DNA of 54,953 nucleotides, taken from NCBI GenBank assembly GCA_034506455.1, contig JAPDPN010000002.1:14011-68963 (forward strand). The letters run 5' to 3'. Source of the stretch: Candidatus Zhuqueibacterota bacterium (GTDB lineage Bacteria > Zhuqueibacterota > Zhuqueibacteria > Residuimicrobiales > Krinioviventaceae). Shown one piece after another: positions 50,747 to 54,953 of this stretch. Position numbers and translations under genes: made by a program. The notes below the pieces were generated by a model that made no database searches, was not told the DNA's origin, and saw nothing but the letters and a program-made list of their open reading frames with translations. Position 1 is the first letter of the stretch. Each line of letters opens with the position of its first letter.

Positions 50747-51711
50747 CGTTCGATCAGTACTCCACGACTCGGCTTTTCGTCAAAGCCCTCCAGGACAAGG
50801 CGAATGTCGGCGTTTACGACACGGAATTGACTTTCAAGCAAAATTCGATACAATCTGCCGCTGTGCATCGGGACCCGAATCAACAAACGGTCGAAACGAT
50901 GCTGCTGAGCAAAAGCGATAAGGTCGCGAAGCACTAAGCTCAAATAATTGTCCGGCATCTGCGGATGCGCGGCAAACGCAAAGAGTCGCATGATGCTGTT
51001 CTGCTCCTCCGCCAAAGTCGGAAGTGTCTGCAGTGCGGCAAAGGCAATCGGCGTTGAGCCGCGGAAAAAGAGCAGACCGTTGCCGACGCCGTAATGAGCC
51101 GCGCTGACGATCAGCGAAGTATAGTCTGCATCGCCGTCGCTCCAAAGGACGAGATTTCGGACATGCTTGAGAAATTCGCGGCGATCAGCCTCTGAAAGCT
51201 CGGAATAGATAAAAATTTGATGCGGAGGAGTTCCGCTCCCTTTGGGTTCGGTCTTTACCGGTCGCATCATGTCGATGCACAAAACCGACGGAAGAAAAGA
51301 GAGCCTGCCGTAAAAACCGAGATTGCGGTTGCTGCGCGGGTTGGTTTCCAAGCCGATGGTGGTGCAGCCGCGTTTTTGCAGATGGGCGACGCACGCAGCG
51401 ACCAAATGTTTGCCGATGCCCATGAGGTGCCGTTCCGGTGCAACGGCCAAGGGCCCGAACCAGCCGCGTTTGCCCCAAACGTGTGTAAACGCAGCTCCTA
51501 AAAGCCTGCCGTTTTCGAGATAAACATAACATCCTTCCGGATTTTGCCCTAAATACATGCGCAGAAATTCACTGCGGCACATGGGCACATCCGTATGGAA
51601 ATAGCCGTCGTCCGCTCGTCCTTGACTAAAAGCACGCGAGAGCAAAGCGTTAACCTGCAAAAGATCGCCCTCGCGCATCAGCCGAATTCCAGAATTCATT
51701 TCTTTTTCCAC
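50737..51711 (-). CDS. GNAT family N-acetyltransferase (two-lobed, about 320 aa)
   Basis: Acetyl-CoA loop RHLMGIGKHLVAACVAHLQKRG (R-x-x-G-x-G). GTG start at 51711, alternative ATG at 51699. Confidence 0.65.
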   Translation of the reverse strand: MEKEMNSGIRLMREGDLLQVNALLSRAFSQGRADDGYFHTDVPMCRSEFLRMYLGQNPEGCYVYLENGRLLGAAFTHVWGKRGWFGPLAVAPERHLMGIGKHLVAACVAHLQKRGCTTIGLETNPRSNRNLGFYGRLSFLPSVLCIDMMRPVKTEPKGSGTPPHQIFIYSELSEADRREFLKHVRNLVLWSDGDADYTSLIVSAAHYGVGNGLLFFRGSTPIAFAALQTLPTLAEEQNSIMRLFAFAAHPQMPDNYLSLVLRDLIAFAQQHRFDRLLIRVPMHSGRLYRILLESQFRVVNADIRLVLEGFDEKPSRGVLIERWV

Positions 51712-51741
51712 ACTATACTGAACCTTTGCGACCTGTCATAA

Positions 51742-51765
51742 AACGCCGCTGATGGTTTCGGTTCC
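51742..51765 (-). promoter_or_regulatory. ECF-type promoter-like motif (GGAAC-N15-CGTT) upstream of the GNAT gene
   Basis: On the minus strand, GGAACC (51765-51760)...CGTT (51745-51742) lies about 30 nt upstream of the GNAT start. The motif is short and degenerate and could occur by chance. Confidence 0.15.
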
Positions 51766-51959
51766 ATATTTTTTCTGTCGCCCAGAACCGGCCTCTTGAT
51801 CTCTGCAACAATCCTTGCCGTTGAAAGTTGTAAAGCCGCGCTCAGCTTAAGGCACTAACGAAAACACAGATTAAAAACAGAGGAATTCCAACCATCTCAT
51901 AAAGCATTGCGGGCGAAGGAGATAAGCGGAAAGAAAAGCTGCTCGGAGACTTGGGCGAC

Positions 51960-52547
51960 TCACCCTGGCTGCAACTGTTCCTTGAGCTTTTTTTTGAGCA
52001 TTTCGCGGGCGCGAAAGATCCGTACCTTGACCGTCCCGAGCGGCAGAGACAGTTCTTCGGCAATCTCTTCATACGATTTATCCTGGGCATGCCGAAGAAG
52101 GATTGCCGCCCGATACTTTTCCGGCAAAGAGTTGATCGCCTCTTTGATATGCATATCGCGCTCGCGCGAGATCAATTCCTTTTCGGGATTTTGCTCGAAA
52201 TCGGCATAGTCCCGCTGCAGTTCGCCGTCCTTGCCTTGAATCGGAGTATCGAGCGAATAGGTTCTAAGCTTTTTCTTGCGGAAATAATCGATGCAGTTGT
52301 TCGCGGCAATCTTATAGAGCCAAGTCGAAAAGGCGTATTCCGAGTTGAATGAGGCCAAAGCGCGAAACGCTTTGATAAAAGTGACCTGAGTAAGATCCTG
52401 CGCCTGAGCGCCGTCTTTGACCATTTTGTAAATAAAGTGATAAATCCGTTCGTGATACTCTTTGACGATCTCTTCATAAGCCTTTTGATCGCCTGCCAGC
52501 GCCCGATCGATAATCTGCCGGGTTTCTTTTCTGTTGTCTTCCCGCAT
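51960..52547 (-). CDS. ECF-type RNA polymerase sigma-70 family factor
   Basis: 195 aa. Region 2 (IYHFIYKMVKDGAQAQDLTQVTFIKAF) and region 4 HTH (SYEEIAEELSLPLGTVKVRIFRAREML). Confidence 0.85.
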   Translation of the reverse strand: MREDNRKETRQIIDRALAGDQKAYEEIVKEYHERIYHFIYKMVKDGAQAQDLTQVTFIKAFRALASFNSEYAFSTWLYKIAANNCIDYFRKKKLRTYSLDTPIQGKDGELQRDYADFEQNPEKELISRERDMHIKEAINSLPEKYRAAILLRHAQDKSYEEIAEELSLPLGTVKVRIFRAREMLKKKLKEQLQPG

Positions 52548-52652
52548 AGAGAAAAAAGTAGCATGAAACAGCTAAACAAGCAAGCGAAACTTGTTGCAAA
52601 AGACGGAGGCCGATTGTACTTTTATTAAACAAAATAAAAAGCGGAAACGTTT

Positions 52653-53036
52653 ATGACGCAGGGCATCGGCATCGATTTGGTGGAGATTGACCGCATTCGG
52701 CAGACCGTGCAGCGATGGGGCGAAAAGTTTCTGCGCAAAGTGCTGACGGCCCCCGAGATTGATTATTGTTGTCGACCGAGGCTCAAAGTTCACTCCATTG
52801 CGGCGCGCTTTGCAGCTAAAGAGGCGCTGTTCAAAAGCCTGCCGGAAGCGTTGCAGCAGCAAATCGGTTGGCGCGATGTGCAGGTCATGAACGATGCAAG
52901 CGGCAAACCATTTATTCAGCCTGTCGGGCCAAAGAGCGATCTTTTCACAGGCTTTCGTCTGCATTTGAGCATGAGCCATGGACGAGATACGGCTGCGGCC
53001 GTCGTTGTTTGTGAAAGCTGCGGAGGGGCAGAGTGA
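52653..53036 (+). CDS. acpS: holo-[acyl-carrier-protein] synthase
   Basis: GIGIDLVEIDRI and FAAKEALFK. 127 aa. Confidence 0.9.
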   Translation: MTQGIGIDLVEIDRIRQTVQRWGEKFLRKVLTAPEIDYCCRPRLKVHSIAARFAAKEALFKSLPEALQQQIGWRDVQVMNDASGKPFIQPVGPKSDLFTGFRLHLSMSHGRDTAAAVVVCESCGGAE

Positions 53037-54568
53037 AGGTCGTCGTTACGGCAGCGCAAATGGCCGAGCTGGATCGGTTGACGATTGGACAGTTCGGCCT
53101 GCCGGGCATTCTGTTGATGGAAAATGCCGGACGCGGCGTCGTGGACTTGATTTTAAACCGCTATCGCTTCAGGACGGTTCATATATACTGCGGACCCGGC
53201 AACAACGGCGGCGACGGATTGGTCATTGCCCGCTATCTGAAAAATCACGGCTTCGAGCCTGTCGTCTTGTTGCTCTCTGCAAAAGAAAAGTTGACCGCCG
53301 ACGCCCGCTTTCATTTCGAGCGGTTGCAGCAGTTCGGCGTCACTCCGTGCATCGTGCAGTCAGCTGAAGACCTGCCGAAAGAAAAGCCGGATCTCATCGT
53401 CGATGCGCTGCTGGGAACCGGCGTTCGCGGCAGTCTGCGCGGTCTTTTTGCCCAGGCAGTCGCCCACCTGCAGTCGCAGGGAGCGCCGATCGTTGCCGTC
53501 GACATTCCTACCGGGGTCAATGCCGATTCCGGCGCCGTCGAAGGCATAGCTGTAAAGGCGGAATTGACGGCTACCATGGCCCTGCTGAAGCGTGGCCTGC
53601 TGTTTTCTCCTGGCAGAGAGCACTGCGGCCGCATCGAAATCGTCGACATCTGCATGCCCCAATCTCTAATTACAGAACACGATCCGCGCACATACCGTCT
53701 CGAAAAAGAAGACGTGAGAAAACTGTTGCCTCGGCGCGCGCCGAACGCCCACAAAACGCAGTGCGGTCAGGTGCTGGTCATCGCCGGATCGCGCGGTTTT
53801 ACCGGCGCCGCCTCGTTGACCGCGGAAGCGGCACTGCGCGCCGGCGCAGGACTCGTTTATCTGGCAACACCGAGCGATCTTAACGTCATCTATGAGACCA
53901 AGCTGACCGAAGTCATTACTTTGCCCACCGGCGACGTCGGCCGTTTCAGCGCCGCCTCGCTGCCGCTTCTTTTGGAGCAAGCAGCAGCAAAAGATGCCGT
54001 GGCCGTAGGGCCGGGAATGGGCCGCGATTCCGAGACCCAAGCGCTGATCAAGAGCCTCCTGCTGCAAATCGACAAACCGTTGGTTCTCGACGCGGACGGT
54101 CTGAACGCCTGCGTCGGCCATACGCAGCTGTTTGCGGCGCATCGCCGCGGACTGGTGCTCACTCCGCATGCCGGCGAACTGTCCCGACTTACCGGCCTTT
54201 CGGCAGACCAAATAACGGCCGAACCGGTAGAGACCGCAGCCCGATTTGCCAAGGAATGGAAATGCACGCTGGTCCTTAAAGGCGGGCCGACGGTCATTGC
54301 CGCTCCGGACGGCAGCGTGTACATCAATTCGACCGGCAACGCCGGTATGGCCACCGCCGGAACCGGCGACGTGCTGACCGGACTGATTGCTTCGTTGCTG
54401 GCGCAGGGACTGGCGCCCAAGGACGCCGCCGCAGCCGGCGTTTTTATCCACGGACTGGCGGGAGACATCGCCGCCGAGGAACTCGGCCAAGCAGGCATGA
54501 TCGCCGGTGATTTGCTGCGCAACGTTCCTCAAGCTCTGAAGAATATAGAAAACGCGGCGTCGTTATGA
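53033..54568 (+). CDS. nnr: bifunctional NAD(P)H-hydrate epimerase / ADP-dependent NAD(P)H-hydrate dehydratase
   Basis: N-terminal YjeF_N (GPGNNGGDG), C-terminal kinase-like (GPGMG, GTGDVLTG). GTGA overlap with acpS. Confidence 0.9.
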   Translation: MKVVVTAAQMAELDRLTIGQFGLPGILLMENAGRGVVDLILNRYRFRTVHIYCGPGNNGGDGLVIARYLKNHGFEPVVLLLSAKEKLTADARFHFERLQQFGVTPCIVQSAEDLPKEKPDLIVDALLGTGVRGSLRGLFAQAVAHLQSQGAPIVAVDIPTGVNADSGAVEGIAVKAELTATMALLKRGLLFSPGREHCGRIEIVDICMPQSLITEHDPRTYRLEKEDVRKLLPRRAPNAHKTQCGQVLVIAGSRGFTGAASLTAEAALRAGAGLVYLATPSDLNVIYETKLTEVITLPTGDVGRFSAASLPLLLEQAAAKDAVAVGPGMGRDSETQALIKSLLLQIDKPLVLDADGLNACVGHTQLFAAHRRGLVLTPHAGELSRLTGLSADQITAEPVETAARFAKEWKCTLVLKGGPTVIAAPDGSVYINSTGNAGMATAGTGDVLTGLIASLLAQGLAPKDAAAAGVFIHGLAGDIAAEELGQAGMIAGDLLRNVPQALKNIENAASL

Positions 54569-54939
54569 AATGGCGAGGGCCGCTGATCCTGTGGTCGATC
54601 CTTTTATTGTATTTGACCTGGTCTCCTAAAGTTGAGCTGCCCGATCTGGGATTCGATGAACAGGACAAAGCCGCTCATTTTGTCGCCTTTTTTCTGCTTG
54701 CCTGGCTGGCTGCAAGGAACTTTAGCAAATATGAAATAATTCGCCTCCCGCATGCGGTTAAACGGGCAGCACTTTTTTCGATTCTGTTTGCCCTTGTCGA
54801 TGAAACAATGCAAATCTGGATTCCGGGCCGTCTGTTCGATCCGTTGGATGCTGCCGCCAATTTATTGGGAACCTTTACGGCCCTATGCGCTTTCAAACCG
54901 ACAATGATCTTTATGCAAAAGCGCGGATGGCTATGGTAA
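54565..54939 (+). CDS. VanZ family membrane protein
   Basis: DKAAHFVAFFLL...VDETMQIWIPGRLFDPLDAAANLLG. 124 aa. ATGA overlap with nnr. Confidence 0.75.
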   Translation: MKWRGPLILWSILLLYLTWSPKVELPDLGFDEQDKAAHFVAFFLLAWLAARNFSKYEIIRLPHAVKRAALFSILFALVDETMQIWIPGRLFDPLDAAANLLGTFTALCAFKPTMIFMQKRGWLW

Positions 54940-54953
54940 AGCGTCTTCTTTAT

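Overview
About 55 kb of compact, mostly housekeeping chromosome (my rough estimate is low-50s % GC) from an uncultured-looking bacterium. A T9SS-type C-terminal sorting domain, an FCB-type phosphoglucosamine mutase motif and many odd lipoprotein-like signal peptides suggest the Fibrobacteres-Chlorobi-Bacteroidetes (FCB) group or a related candidate phylum, but this is only a guess. I call 54 protein genes and find no rRNA, tRNA, CRISPR array or mobile element. The recognisable blocks are: (1) pepT and a partial DAACS symporter; (2) exbB-exbD-exbD-tonB, a lipoprotein and dsbD; (3) a phosphorolytic disaccharide operon (GPH symporter, GH94 phosphorylase, pgm); (4) ilvB-ilvN-ilvC-leuA-leuB-cimA; (5) metH plus rubredoxin; (6) pckA-PNPOx-cutC; (7) glmM-deoC; (8) a tightly coupled signalling operon (sigma-54 activator with GAF domain, Hanks kinase with PEGA domains, secreted Kelch propeller); (9) a full suf operon (Rrf2-sufBCD-sufT-Rieske-sufS-sufU); (10) manC-like/hypothetical/ptsN/Zn-ribbon; (11) ECF sigma, GNAT, DUF1848, trxA; (12) acpS-nnr-vanZ. 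Many neighbouring genes overlap as ATGA, GTGA or TAATG junctions. I see no defence island, prophage or obvious biosynthetic cluster. The best leads are the kinase/activator/Kelch operon, a branched-chain-codon-rich leader candidate upstream of ilvB, the metH-rubredoxin pairing, and the ECF sigma/GNAT/DUF1848/trxA block. All family calls come from reading motifs by eye; I ran no BLAST or HMM search.
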